The notes under the pieces: generated by a model | Told to the model about the DNA's origin: nothing | The model's input: the letters and a program-made list of their open reading frames with translations, nothing else | The model's database searches: none | In this document: positions 1-12,794 of the stretch, one piece after another | How the letters are laid out: each line of letters begins with the position of its first letter | Position numbering within the stretch: position 1 is the first letter of the stretch | Program-made: the position numbers and the translations under genes | DNA from: Felis catus | Taxonomy: Eukaryota | DNA: 64,000 bases | Assembly: GCF_018350175.1 (NCBI RefSeq) | Contig: NC_058368.1 | Location: forward strand, 139,068,001-139,132,000 | Direction: 5' to 3'

Positions 1-821
1 AATATATTTTTTAAAAGTCAGATTATTTTGTTTGGGCAGCCCCTGCTCTTAAGTGCCTGGCTACCCCTGATATAACTAGTTTGGTCAACTTTGATACACA
101 TCAACCTGGGTAGCCAGATTCACATCACCTGATCCTCCTTCCTTAGGGTCAAGACTATACCCTTAGTTGGTCTCAGGGCATTTTAAGGTGACAAGAAAAC
201 TTGCTGCTATACCTGTTGTAATTTCATTGCTGTACCTTTACCAACTGGACAAGAACAGACCCAGTTTCCTTCAGTATTTGGGGTGCTGTCTTAAACCAGT
301 ATTCACACTTCTTTCATGTGAACTCCAGCTCAAACGGTGAGGAACTGGAACCCCTACTTGTCTAGGGATCTTCCTGTTTCTTTTCCCCTTGGTACTCAAG
401 ACATGGGAGGCAGTAAATGGGTGCTTTTGTTTTTCCATCATCTGTGAGCCCAACTTGTTTAAGGGGAAAAAATAGCTTCTAATGCCACCTCTAGAACTAG
501 GTTTGTCCTTCAACAACTTAATATAGGAATTCAGTGAGGGCCTCAAAAAGAAGTGATGTCTGAGATGAGATTTTCTAATTACAGAGTGAACATCTTCCAG
601 GTAGACAAACTGCATTATGCCATTATAATGCAAGACAGAACAAATGAAAAGAAATAGTAATGCAAAAAGAGCATGGTATCTTCAGAAAACTGGAACTAGT
701 TTATTACAGAAGTGTAAGGTGTGAGTCGTTATTCTGTCTTACTTTTTTTTTTTTTTGGTGAAAGAAGAGGGTTCAGAACGAAGGAGGAAGTTTCAAACAA
801 CGAGGCCAGGCAAGAAGGCTG

Positions 822-1253
822 GTGTCAGCGATTGCTAGTGGTCTTCCTCTCTATTCTGCTGCCGCCTGCCTCAAATACTGCATTTACCAAACTCCTTGCA
901 ACTGAGCGGCCAGATGTCTAAGTAATAGCCAGTGACACAGAAGAAGCCTTTAAGGGGAAAAGGACACATCTTCTTCCTCCTTACTCCATGTCTCTGTCAG
1001 GAACTTGTCCGTGATGCCAGAGGTGCTAGCAGCCATCCTGTGATAACTAAGGATAGGAGCTACAGACTCAGAGAGGCAGGGCAGAAAAACGAGAGCCCGG
1101 GGGCCTGATGATGGTGTAGAGCCACCCTCTAACCCCTGGGCTCCCAACCCAAGGCACATTTTACAAGGGAGAGAAATAAACTTTTGTCATTAAAGCAACT
1201 GTTACTTGGGTGTTTTCTATAATATGCAACCAAATCCAATTGGAAATGATACA
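822..1253 (+). mobile_element. MaLR solo LTR (MLT1-type), degenerate
   Basis: gcagccatcctgtga...gagagaaataaac...aatgataca 3' end. Confidence 0.65.
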
Positions 1254-1659
1254 GCTGAAATCATGAGATTTATATACCACAGAAAGGAGTCTGGGTTTGT
1301 GCTATATATAAGTAATGAGAAGCCACTGAGAACTTAAACAGGCTAAAGCACGAGTACACAACACTCAAAAAGGTCAAACAACATTAACCATAGTATATAA
1401 ATATCTTCACTGAATTCTAAAGGTTGAGCCAAAAAACAAGGAAAAGGAGCATTTTGTAAATGGTGATGAGAAAATGAATCCTTCTGAACTGTTAACTGTC
1501 TAATCTATTATAACTGGAAGGGGAATCCTGACGCCAGTTACTTCGGATGCCAATGACAGCACCACAAGAACCAGAGCAAGGAAGATGATGATAGTCGAAA
1601 ATGGCCAACATGTGGAAAAAGAGTAAATAAAAGGGGCTTGTAAAAATCAAAACATCTTA

Positions 1660-1902
1660 GGGGCGCCTGGGTGGCGCAGTCGGTTAAGCATCCGACTTCA
1701 GCCAGGTCACGATCTCGCGGTCCGGGAGTTCGAGCCCCGTGTCGGGCTCTGGGCTGATGGTTCAGAGCCTGGAGCCTGTTTCCGATTCTGTGTCTCCCTC
1801 TCTCTCTGCCCCTCCCCCGTTCATGCTCTGTCTCTCTCTGTCCCAAAAATAAATAAACGTTGAAAAAAAATTTTTTTAAATAAATCAATCAATCAATCAA
1901 TC
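1660..1902 (+). mobile_element. Young SINEC_Fc-type SINE
   Basis: GGGGCGCCTGGGTGGC head, A/B boxes, (CT)n, AATAAA tail; 15-bp TSD AATCAAAACATCTTA. Confidence 0.95.
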
Positions 1903-2076
1903 AATCAAAACATCTTAAATAGAAAACAAGACTAATCCCAAGTAATACCCATGACTTCTGATAAAACTGAACTCAATCATGTGAGAAATCTTTTGAGGGC
2001 ATAACATAACTACCTGTATCTAAATTACTAACTGTATCTAATTACTAGTTAATTGATACACCAAAACTATTTGTAC

Positions 2077-2266
2077 CTGGCTGCTTAGCCACCGAAGGGG
2101 GTTCTATGGTACAGAAGAAAACAGGTTCTGGAATCTCCACCCCAGCCAGAAGAAGTCTTTCGGCTTCATTGTTCCGTCTATGTTTTTTTCCTCCTTCTGT
2201 TTCGGCTCGACGAGCTGCAGCTAACGCACTGGACTTGGATGAGGCAATGGTGTCTCCTGTGGCGGT
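2077..2266 (-). CDS. GFM2: GFM2 exon 15, [63 protein letters not shown]
   Basis: 190 nt, CAG/GT boundaries, in phase. Confidence 0.95.
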
Positions 2267-2479
2267 CTGTAAGTAAACATCGCGCTTGGAACAAGACAGG
2301 CTCAGTGAGCACTCAGCTTACACCGAGAATCACGAAATATGAAAACTTCCAATGTGACACTTTCATCAGAACTTAAAACAGGAACAAATTCACAAAGCTC
2401 ACTGCAACTTTGCATAGGTAAAGCTAATTTAACTTGTGTAAGAATTCTATCCAAGATGCTGCTGTAATAAATTCTAACA

Positions 2480-2601
<122 letters not shown>

Positions 2602-3683
2602 TACACATTCAAAATTCATTTGGTAAAACAAATGTACCTTCCTAAATTTTCAATCATATCAAAATAGGTCAATTTTTGTAGAAGTCCATTTTAAGAGTTT
2701 TACCACCAGTAAAAATGTCTATAACTGTTTTACAGAAAATCTTCCATTAACTAAAATAAGCAATTAACCAGAATTCTCTAGACCATGCAGAATTGATAGC
2801 ATCCTTACAGACTCATTATTTTTTAAAACTATAATTTCACTTTTAAACTTTAATATTACAACATTCCATGCCAATTTCCTTCTCTGTAAAGATATTCCTA
2901 ATGAAGCAATAGTTCAAACGTCTCTGTGTAACTCCTTCAAATATGTACATGAAGCTCCTGCCTTCGGGTGGACAGAGGACATTTCAAGGCTACAAGTCCT
3001 GTATCTGGACTGTGGACATTTTATACTAAAGGATCTTGAATCCTGCAATTAACCATAAAGAGGTTAAAAAATGTTCAAAGTAACCATGGCTATCCTAAAT
3101 GCCAAATACACCAAAGTTTAATGAGAAAATGTATTCAATTTAATCCATATATAAATGAAATGTCCTTAGTTTTACCTTACCAAAAACATACACAGCATCA
3201 ACTTATTTTCATCCATTCATCTGACAAGTCATGGACTGCCTCCTATATGTGATGCACTGATCTAGGGACTAAGGACAGAGAACAAAAGAAACCCAAGTCC
3301 TTGCCCTCATAAAGCCTTCATTGGCAATATATCTTCAGTTATTACCCGGATCAGTTATAAGGTTAGATTAAATTGTCAGCAACGATCAAGTAAAATACCC
3401 AATGAGAATAACAAAATATTTATTAAATTTAAAACACAGGTATGTATCTATAGTGTATTTTCACTTGGATTTGAATTTTACATGAATATAATCCACAGTT
3501 TACAGTCTTCTATAATTTTCTTTCTTTCTGAGATTCAACCATGTTGATGAATATGCTACAATATTCATTACCCCACTATTGATGACTATTTGGATGGTTT
3601 GTGGGTTTTTGCTACTGCAAAATGCCTGGTTTTAATTAAACATTTAAGCTAATAGTTCCTAGAGAAACCATCTGGTCACTTAC

Positions 3684-3783
3684 GTGTTTAAGGCCAACAG
3701 TCAAAGCAATGTTACCAGCAGTCAGTGAAGGGATTTCTATATGTTGGTCAGCAAATGGCAAAAGAAGACGACTTATTCTCTCC
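3684..3783 (-). CDS. GFM2: GFM2 exon 14, [33 protein letters not shown]
   Basis: 100 nt, CAG/GTAAGT boundaries. Confidence 0.96.
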
Positions 3784-3861
3784 CTGTAAAAACCATGATT
3801 TATTTCAGTAAAATAATTTTTAAAGAAATGACTGCAGTTTTAGAAAATAAACTAAGCTTCC

Positions 3862-4061
3862 GGAGTGCTTGAGTGGCTCAGTTGGTTAAGCATCCAACTC
3901 TTGGTTTCGGCTCCAGTCACGATTGCACGGTTCATGAGCTTGAGCCCTGCATCAGGCTCTGCACTGACTGGGCGGAGCCTGCTTAGGATTCTCTCTCCAT
4001 CTCTCTGCCCCACTCCCACTTGCTCTCACTCTCTCTCAAAACAATAAACATTAAAAAAAAG
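3862..4061 (+). mobile_element. Carnivore SINE filling most of GFM2 intron 13
   Basis: SINEC body; degenerate TSD ...TAAGCTTC. Confidence 0.9.
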
Positions 4062-4087
4062 AACAGAATCTATAAGCTTCTACTTAC

Positions 4088-4228
4088 GTGCAGTTTCCAT
4101 TAATATTATAGATGGCCAACTGGGGTTTTATCATGCCTGAGTAAATGCGCATAAACACCAGTGGTCCTCGCTGCTTGTCATGAAGAACTTTAAATGCCAG
4201 TGCACATAAGTCACCCTTATACCATGGC
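4088..4228 (-). CDS. GFM2: GFM2 exon 13, [46 protein letters not shown] (domain II)
   Basis: 141 nt, TAG/GTAAGT boundaries. Confidence 0.96.
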
Positions 4229-5580
4229 CTACAAAATTGAGACATTCCAGAAAGGCCTTTAAAATACACTTCCCATATATCTATGCAGATCAAATCAGAA
4301 TCACTGTGCAAACTTAACCCTAATGTCCTCCCTCATATCTTCTAGTTTAGCTACTCTGGCTGATTAAATTATGTTAGTACTAACTACCTTTCTTTCTCCA
4401 CAAAACTAAATTATTTAATGGAGATCATTAATTGCTCAAAATTAAAAATAATGGATTCTCTCCCAGATATTACCTCTACTCGCAAATAATTTCCCTGCCT
4501 AGAATTCACTCCTCAAAAAATATACCTAGGATAGGTATACCTTCCTATTTTGTGAGAATATACCTTCTCACAAAAACCTGTACAGGGTAAATGTATAGGT
4601 GCTTTCTAACTACTACTTACACTCTGTCCTCCCACCTTCTCTCTAGTTGCGTGATCATAGAAATCTACAATTCTTACAGACTGATGTCCTTAAACTGGTG
4701 CGCACTGATATGTTTCAGAAAGCCGGAATCCCTCTGAAATTGCCAAATTTTGTTCACAGGCACATTTTTCTGAGGAAAAGCTCCATGTTCTCATTAGTTT
4801 CAAAGGAGCCCATGACTCAAAGTAGGTGAGACACTCCTATTATAGAACTTCTCCATCTCATCCCTAATTCCCTCCAATTTTTAACTTTAGCAAATACTCA
4901 TATAGAGTTTACCATATACTAGGTAGGCACTGTTCCATTTGCTTTATAAGTATTAACTCGTTTGATTCCTGTAACAATCCAATAGGATAGGTCCAAATCT
5001 CTGTATTTTACAGCTAGAAGGTTAAACAACTTGGGAGAGCTCAGATTTAAATCCAAGGAGTACACAGTCCATGCCCATAATCACTTTACCATTAATGCTT
5101 CTCCAATTGAGAGATATGAAAAGTGATTAATGTCCTAGTTAAAGGATTAAACAAAGTCCATTCCTGCCTGAATAGCCACTCGGATTTTAGAGGATTTATT
5201 ACCAAGTACAAAGCTGTTAGTGACAACAGAAGTAAAACAATACCCTTAAACCACAAAATATTTTGAGCTATTTAAAAATCTTGAAATCTAGTATAAATTT
5301 ATCTACAGAATATTTATCAAACAACTCCACTATACTGTTTTTTTTTTTTTTAACTAAGATGACAGCCACACACTCTAACTCCATTTGTAAATATAGCAGG
5401 TTATAAGACATGCGAACAAATGTCGCTTTCAAGTAAAAATTTATATAGCTCTACATCATTTATAACGATATTCTTTACCAGTGTTATTCAAAAATGGTGA
5501 TTCAAATGCTCTTTGTGAAACAAGACCTACTTTCCCGCTTTTGCGAGGCTGTAAGATTTTAATCTGTACTGCATACTTAC

Positions 5581-5729
5581 AGAAATTCATAGTTGCGCTC
5601 TTCAGGTGAAGGCAAGTACACAGTAACAGCATCCAACAAGGGCTGGACACCTTTGTTTTTCAGGGCACTTCCACAAAGCACAGGCACTGCTGTCTGAGCC
5701 AGTGTTACTCTGCGAATTGCAGTCTGGAG
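5581..5729 (-). CDS. GFM2: GFM2 exon 12, [49 protein letters not shown] (G5 GSAL)
   Basis: 149 nt, TAG/GTAAGT boundaries. Confidence 0.96.
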
Positions 5730-6194
5730 CTATAAAGCAGAGACAGAAGTACTGTATTCTGTGTGCAGTATACTGGCTCCAACTGAAGTATCTCAGAATT
5801 AGACACCCTCGCCAACCAACCATGTAAAACAGAACCACTCAGCACACTTCCATCATTCTTCATGGCCTTATTCTTCTGTATTTTTCTTTATAATGTTAAT
5901 TACTATTTGGTATACTGGATATATATTTAATGGTTTATTGTCTGTGTCCTTATCCCCCAGAATATAAAATCTACATGAGCGTTACAATAAGTCCCATAAA
6001 ACATTGCTAAATCCCCAGAAACTACAGAAGTACCTAAAATAAGCAGGTATTTAAAAATATTTCTCAAATAAATGAATTAAACATACTTCTGATTTAACCT
6101 TGATTGTCTAAAAGAGGACCTGTACAGAAATTAAGAACATATATATGAATTACAACTTCCTCAAAGGAATTAGACCAACATTAAATCAAACTCA

Positions 6195-6326
6195 GGAGCG
6201 CCTGGGTGGCTCAGTCAGTTAATCGTCTGATTCCTGATTTCGGCTCAGGTCATGATCTCACAGTTCATGAGTTCGAGCCCCGCAATGGGCTCTGCATTTG
6301 TGCAGAGCTTGGGATTCATTCATTCA

Positions 6327-6377
<51 letters not shown>

Positions 6378-6429
6378 TTCCCCCTTGGGCTCTCTCTCTC
6401 TCTCAAAATAAATAAACTTAAAAAAAAAT
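6195..6429 (+). mobile_element. Carnivore SINE with (TTCA)n(CT)n expansion
   Basis: SINEC head and tail. Confidence 0.9.
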
Positions 6430-7563
6430 CAAATCCAAAGAAAAATGAAAAATCAGGGTAGAAATCAAATTTGAAAGACCTCAAAAACGAAGAAAAGCAT
6501 GGGTGTGTTTGCAACCTACTGGTAGGAGAATGGTATATCAATTCCTCCTCAGACCATAAGCTCTTTGAAAAGAGAAACCATGGTATGTGACTACAGGGCA
6601 CAACAAACATCACATCTAAGCGCTCAAATACTAAACGATAACATATTTCAATAATTAGGGCATTTCGTTCAAAAGAAAAGTACTTTTTTCCGTTCCTAAC
6701 TTCAAAGGTCTCAAACTTAATCTTGAGACTCATGTTTTTCTTTAATTCTTTTTGTGAAAAATAACTAAGTACATTTTCTGGGCTCAGTCTGGACCCCATT
6801 ATATACATATATATAATCCCCCTAAAATACTTGGGAGGCGCCTGGCTGGCTGAGTTGGTGGAGCACGCAACTCTTGACCCTGGGTGCGTGGGGGTTCAGG
6901 CTCTGTGTTGGCCAGAGTTTACTTAAAAACAAACAAGCAAACAAAAAACAACTTTACCTGGTAACTCGTTTCGTAAAGAAAAATAAAGATTGTTTGCCAA
7001 ATTCATAGGGGAAGGTCCCTAGCAGAAAATAACAGAAATGCCTTGAAGAAATCTGTCCTAATTCAATCATTACTACTATTTTATATGCCTATTCTCTGGT
7101 TTAATGTATTTCAAAAGGAAACAAAATAAATAAATAAATAAGGACCTGTAATGAGCTTCTAGTAAGAATTAAAACGCTGTCAGAAAAAATAAGAAAAATC
7201 ATTGCAGTAGTCTACAAAACCAGTAAATTTTCAATATAAAATTTCCACTTGTAATTTCCCTACTAAAGAAATGATCACAAGGAAAGCACTTCAAAGAAGG
7301 AATGAGTAACTTGTACTGACTCAATAGGAGTAAAAAAGATTCAATTTCTGATTTTGTAAAGCATATCTGAAAACAGTAAATCACTACCATTATTTAAGCA
7401 CTTGTATTAATAGTGATTAATAGTGATTAATAGTGTTCTCCTAATTAAGTCAACATTTTCTAATGCTATGCAAAGTTGAAAAAAACTAAACACCTGAGAC
7501 AGAGAAATCAAACCACATCCAATTAGTAAAACGTCATTAAAGTAAATGAATAATAAAATTTAC

Positions 7564-7644
7564 CTTTTCAGCTGGTAGCAAATCAAAATTTTCACTAAAT
7601 TCTCCTAAAACCAAGTCAGCAAATTCATCATCCAAATCTGCAAC
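7564..7644 (-). CDS. GFM2: GFM2 exon 11, [27 protein letters not shown]
   Basis: 81 nt, TAG/GTAA boundaries. Confidence 0.95.
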
Positions 7645-8037
7645 CTACAAAGAAAGGTTTTAGTTCTATAACTTGCTTTTATTGTCACAACTATTAAGTC
7701 CAAATAAATGTACATTATCCAAATATTTCAAGACAGCTACATGATCTACCTTATCCAGGACAAAGAACTCTCCTCAACATCTCAAGAGATAAACAGTATT
7801 TCTTTCATAGGAAAGGAGACTGAAAACTGAAGATGTGCTATTATAAGTTCCCTACATACATGAGAAGCAATAGCCAGATGAAGTATGTCAATAAAGTGCT
7901 ATCCACTCGGAGGGCTCAAAAGAAATAAAATACCACAATTCGCGGTCAGTGATAACATATCTAATGGATTGCTGTTTTTAGATAGATTTAGAAGTTTTAG
8001 TTAGTTCATTGAAAAGTTTCCTCTGGGGAAAGTTTCC

Positions 8038-8451
8038 TGCCTGGGTGGCTCAGTCGATTAAGCATCTGACTTCGGCTCAAGTCATGATCTGACAGTTGGT
8101 GAGTTTGAGCCCCGCATCAGGCTCTCTGCTGCCAGCAAGGAGCCCGCTTCCTATCCTCTGTCCACCCCTCCCCTGCTAATGTGCACATGTTCTCTCTCCC
8201 CAAAATAAGTAAAACATTAAAAAAAAAAAAAAAAGTTTAGGGGCGCCTGGGTGGCTTGGTCGGTTAAGCGTCCGACTTCGGCTCAGGTCATGATCTCACA
8301 GTCCGTGAGTTCGAGCCTTGCGTCGGGCTTTGTGCTGACAGCTCAGAGCCTGGAGCCTGTTTCAGATTCTGTGTCTCCCTCTCTCTCTGCCCCTCCCCTG
8401 TTCATGCTCTGTCTCTATCTCAAAAATAAATAAACGTTAAAAAAAAAAAAA
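8038..8451 (+). mobile_element. Two head-to-tail carnivore SINEs (8038-8233, 8240-8451)
   Basis: Two SINEC bodies; outer TSD AAAAGTTTC(C/A)TCTGG. Confidence 0.92.
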
Positions 8452-8896
8452 GTTTCATCTGGTATTCCTTTAACAGTATGAATATTCACCAGATGTCCTA
8501 AGACAGTCCAACTAAAATAATTCCTGTTATTCTAATCCGGCACTGCAGGAACAGACATAAGTTGAGGGTCATAGGCATCATTTCAGCAACAAAAATGCAA
8601 TTATCTAATTCATGTTCTTTTCTTAGTTATCTGCATATATGAAATAGGAGAATTCAGCTGACAATAAATTTAATAAAAGTTTCAAAAGTTTGTAATAGTA
8701 CAAAAGAGCAAAACATTCAAACTTGGAGACAAAAACACACTTTTAACAGCTAAGTATTGTAGAAACATACCTAACCATTCTCGGGGGGGGGGGGGGAGAC
8801 AGATAAGCACAGCTTCTGGAATTAAACTGCCTTGAAATGGCTCCACTACTTGCTGACTTACTCAAAAACTTAAGTTACATCACCTCTCTCTCTCTC

Positions 8897-9110
8897 TTTT
8901 TTTAAAGTTTATTTATTTATTTTTGAAAGAGAGAGATAGAAAGGATGAGCAGGGGAGGGGCAGAGTGAGGGAAGAGAGAGAATCCAAAGCAGGTCCCATG
9001 CTGTCAGTGCAAAGCCCGATGCGGGGCTCAATCTCACGAACCCCAAGATCATAACCTGAGCCGAAACCAAGAGTTGGATGCTTAACTAACGGACCCACCC
9101 AGGCGCCCCC
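8897..9110 (-). mobile_element. Carnivore SINE
   Basis: TSD ACATCACCTCTCT. Confidence 0.92.
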
Positions 9111-9310
9111 ACATCACCTCTCTTCACCTTGGTTAATCATGAAGATAATACTAGTACCTACTTCAGAGGGCAAGGATTGAATAACCAAGTGAAATCATGC
9201 TTCTAGAATGTATAGTAAGAATATAGTAAGTGTAACTTATTATCACTATTCACCTTTAGAACACAGGAAGTTGCTTCTAGTCCACACTAATCTTATTCTC
9301 TAAAAAAAAA

Positions 9311-10057
9311 TTTAATCGTGGTAAAATTTAACATAAACAGAACATAAAATTTACCTCCTTAACCATTTCTCACTGAACAGTTGAGTAGTAGTGTTAAGTA
9401 TATTCACACTGTTGTAAAACTAATCTCCAGAACATTCTCAATCTCACAAAACCCAAATTCTATACCACGAAACAACTCTTCCTCATTCTCCTATCCCCTA
9501 TCCCCTGGCAACTATGATTCTACTTTCTGTCTCTACAAATCTGACTACTCTAAATACCTCATATAAGTGGAATCATTATAGTATTTGTCTTTTTTCCTGG
9601 ACTGGCTTATTTCAATTAGCATAATGTCCTTGAGGTTCATCTGTATCGTAGCATGTGTCAGAACGCCATTCCTTTTTAAGGCTGAATAATATTCTATTGT
9701 ATGTTTATACCATATTTTATCTACTCATCTTGTTGATGAACGCTTGGTTGCTCCCACGTTGTGCCCATTAGGAATAATGGTGCTATGAACAAGGAAATGC
9801 AAATATCTCTTTGAGACCCTGCTTTCAATTCTTTTGGATATACATCCAGAAGCAGAAATGCTAGACCATTTGGTAATTCTATTTTCAATCTTGTGAGGAA
9901 ACACCATACTATTTCCCACAGTGGCTGCATCATCTTCATTCCTACCAGCAGTGCACAAAGGTTACAGTTTCTCCATATTTTGCCAACACTTATCTTCTGG
10001 TTGAGGGGTTTTGTGGGGGTTTTTTGATTGTAGCTATCCTAACAGGTGTGATGTGGT
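9311..10057 (-). mobile_element. Old L1M (L1MA/MB-type) 3' fragment
   Basis: Antisense L1 3' end motifs; translation remnant QPLWEIVWCFLTRLKIELP. Confidence 0.8.
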
Positions 10058-10459
10058 CTTATTCTCCAATTCTATAAATACACATGTATTCCTTGTAATC
10101 AGCACTTTAATATCTACAGAGAGTCTCAAATCTAATTTTTGTTATATACTATCCTGTCCTAAGACATGCATTAGACATGCCTAAGATAAAACAAAGAAAA
10201 ATCTCAAAGGAGAACTAATTATGCACCCAATTACTGACTAATAAATGTCAATTTCAGGCACCTGGGTAGCTCAGTTGGTTAAGAGGCCAACTCTTGATTT
10301 CTGCTCAGGTCAAAATCCATGCCAGGCTGTGCTGACAGCATGGAGCCTGCTTTGGATCCTCTCTCAAAATAAATAAACTTATATAAAAAAATACATACAT
10401 ACATACATGTCAATTCTACTTTTATTCTGTTTATGGCTCCCCAAATTAGAGAAGCAATA

Positions 10460-10685
10460 AAGCAAAGTGGGTAAGAGCTCCAGCTCTAAATGGAATCAGA
10501 CCTGGGTTCAGGTTCCAGCACTGCTCCTTATTAGCTGTATGACAAATTCGTTAAGGATTCTAAGTTTCTGTTTCCCCACCAGTAAAACAAGGATAATACA
10601 GGCTGCTATGAGGATTAAATGTATCACATGTAAAGCACTTAAGCTAGTTCACAGTAAGTCCTCAGTAACAGTTACCCAGTAATAA
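10460..10685 (+). mobile_element. MIR SINE
   Basis: cagacctgggttc...tgaggattaaatg...tgtaaagcactta core. Confidence 0.7.
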
Positions 10686-11224
10686 AAAGAACAATGACCA
10701 TTATTCTGTTAATGATAAAGTTGGTGATTACTATATGTTATAAAGGGAAATAATTACTTCAAGAACAACTTCATACAAAAGATTAATGAAAATTAATGAT
10801 GACAGGACCTACTCTGACCAATTTAATTCAGAAATAAAAAAAATCAAACAGTTCAGATTCAAATGTTTTTCACTACCATAAGATTCAGAGAGTTTATGGC
10901 ACGTGCCATTCACTCTCTGAATCTTATGGTAGTGAAATGTATGTATGTATTTTTTTATATAAGTTTATTTATTTTGAGAGAGATAGAATCCAAAGAGATA
11001 GAATTAGTGCCACTGCACTTAAACTTATAGCAGAAATAAACCACGTTTATTAGTATATATGCCAACAATACCATATAAAATATCATAAATATTAACAATC
11101 TTACTACTTTCTATTAAAATGTTGAGGGTGGATGAGGTCCAGAGTTACCTATTAACTATAAAATTAATGGCTTTAAAATTTTCTAAGTTAATGTGACATT
11201 TGATAAAATAAAAGACGGACACAC

Positions 11225-11722
11225 TCTCTGATATTCCTAGGTTTAACCCTAAACAAATTGTCACAAGTGTGTACAAGGAGATACATACAAAGATGTTCAC
11301 AGCAACACTGTTTGTAACAGCAAAACAGACAACATAACCTCAAAGTCCACCCACAGAAGAATGGACAAATGTGGTATAATCATATTGGAACATGACACAA
11401 GATTGAAAATGAAGCATAACCACACATAACAACAAAGATGAATCTGCAATGTACTGTTATAAAATACAAACAACATCACTCCATTTATGGAAAGTTCAAA
11501 ACCATGGAAAACTAAGTCCTTCATGAATATATACATTTGTAGCAAACTATAAAACAAAGCAAATGAAAGAAAAGGCTACAACCAAAATAGTGGTGGGGGG
11601 AGTAAATGATAAGTGGAAAGGAGAGAGATTTAAACAGAAGTGTCACACAAAGATTCAAGGGTATTGCTAATATTCTATTTCTTAAGCTGGGTGGTGGAAA
11701 CATTGGTGTTCATCATATTCTT
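11225..11722 (+). mobile_element. Ancient L1ME-type 3' fragment
   Basis: Degenerate L1 3'UTR motifs. Confidence 0.6.
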
Positions 11723-11723
11723 C

Positions 11724-11790
11724 ATTACACTTTATATATTACACTTTATATATTACACTTTATATATTACACTTTATATATTACACTTTA
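11724..11790. repeat. Perfect 14-bp minisatellite ATTACACTTTATAT, about 4.8 copies
   Basis: Units start at 11724, 11738, 11752, 11766, 11780. Confidence 0.93.
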
Positions 11791-11891
11791 AATACACATA
11801 AAGTATATATTTACTTCATAAATTTCATAATATATAAAATATTTTTAAATTTTCTAAATATGCAAATGTAAACTCAAAGTATTTACTTTAC

Positions 11892-12071
11892 CTGCTCAAT
11901 TAAGGCATTCCTTGCTTCAGTTGTCTCCTTAAGCAACTCAGGATCACTCATTTCCAAAAGGGGATTCCTCACAAAGTCTTTTCCATCATCTGAATTAGGA
12001 TTCCAAAGAAGTTTTTCTTTATTTACTACATCCACAACTCCTTTGAAAGCTTTGCCTTCACCAAGTGGTAA
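11892..12071 (-). CDS. GFM2: GFM2 exon 10, [23 protein letters not shown]...ARNALIEQ
   Basis: 180 nt, CAG/GTAA boundaries. Confidence 0.96.
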
Positions 12072-12320
12072 CTGCAAATCAAAGCGAGATTAACTTTATT
12101 AAATGATAACTCAATTAGAACTGCATTGATGAGAAAATGTTACCTTTCTCCACTTTCCCCCAAATGGCTATTAACATTATTACCATAATCTATATCTTTT
12201 ATTTACATGCCAACTTCTTCTAAAAAACATCTGAGATAGTTTCAGATATATATGTCACAATAAAATGATGAGGAAATTTGCAGCTGCTGCTATTAATAAA
12301 TCAAATATTAATCAACCAAC

Positions 12321-12381
12321 CTGCAAAAGTAATGGCTTTGCCTTCAACTTCTCTCTGATGCTTTCAACCGCATATTTAAAA
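12321..12381 (-). CDS. GFM2: GFM2 exon 9, FKYAVESIREKLKAKPLLLQ
   Basis: 61 nt, CAG/GT boundaries, in phase. Confidence 0.94.
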
Positions 12382-12425
12382 CTGCAGGAAGCAAAATAAC
12401 TATAATTAAAAATGTTAAGATTCTT

Positions 12426-12794
12426 GGGCCGCCTGGGTGGCTCGGTCAGTTAAACGTCCGACTCTCGCTCAGGTCATGATCTTGTGGTTCATTAGTTAGG
12501 GCCCCACACTGGGCTCTGCGCTGACAGTACAGAGCCTGCTTGGGATTTTTCTCTCTGACCCTCCCCTGCTCATTTGCTCCCTCTCTCTCTCAAAAATAAA
12601 TAAATAAACTTAAAAAATGTTAAGATTTTTTTAAATGTTTATTTATTTATTTTGGGAGAGAGAAAGAGATTGCAAGCAAGCTCCTTGCTGTCAGAAGGAG
12701 TTCAATGCAGGCTTCGTCTCATGAACTGTGAGATCATGACTTGAGCGGAAATCAAGAATTGGATGCTCAACCGACTGAGCCACTCAGGCGCCCC
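12426..12794. mobile_element. Tail-to-tail inverted SINE pair (12426-12616 +, 12626-12794 -)
   Basis: Two SINEC bodies; target AAATGTTAAGATT present three times. Confidence 0.92.

Noticed and set aside
271..633. 120-aa minus-strand ORF as a possible further GFM2 exon
   Set aside because: No similarity to the expected EF-G domain III continuation; probably old repeat or intronic sequence.
1538..1888. Recurrent 60-116 aa ORFs of the MAQSVKRPTSAQVMIS / GQRETEHERGRGRE type throughout the window
   Set aside because: These are translations of SINE copies, not a gene family.
7406..7435. Short direct repeats (ATTAATAGTG x3; similar doublets near 2013, 14260 and 59834) as a spaced or CRISPR-like array
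   Set aside because: Simple tandem slippage duplications with no spacers in a mammalian genome.
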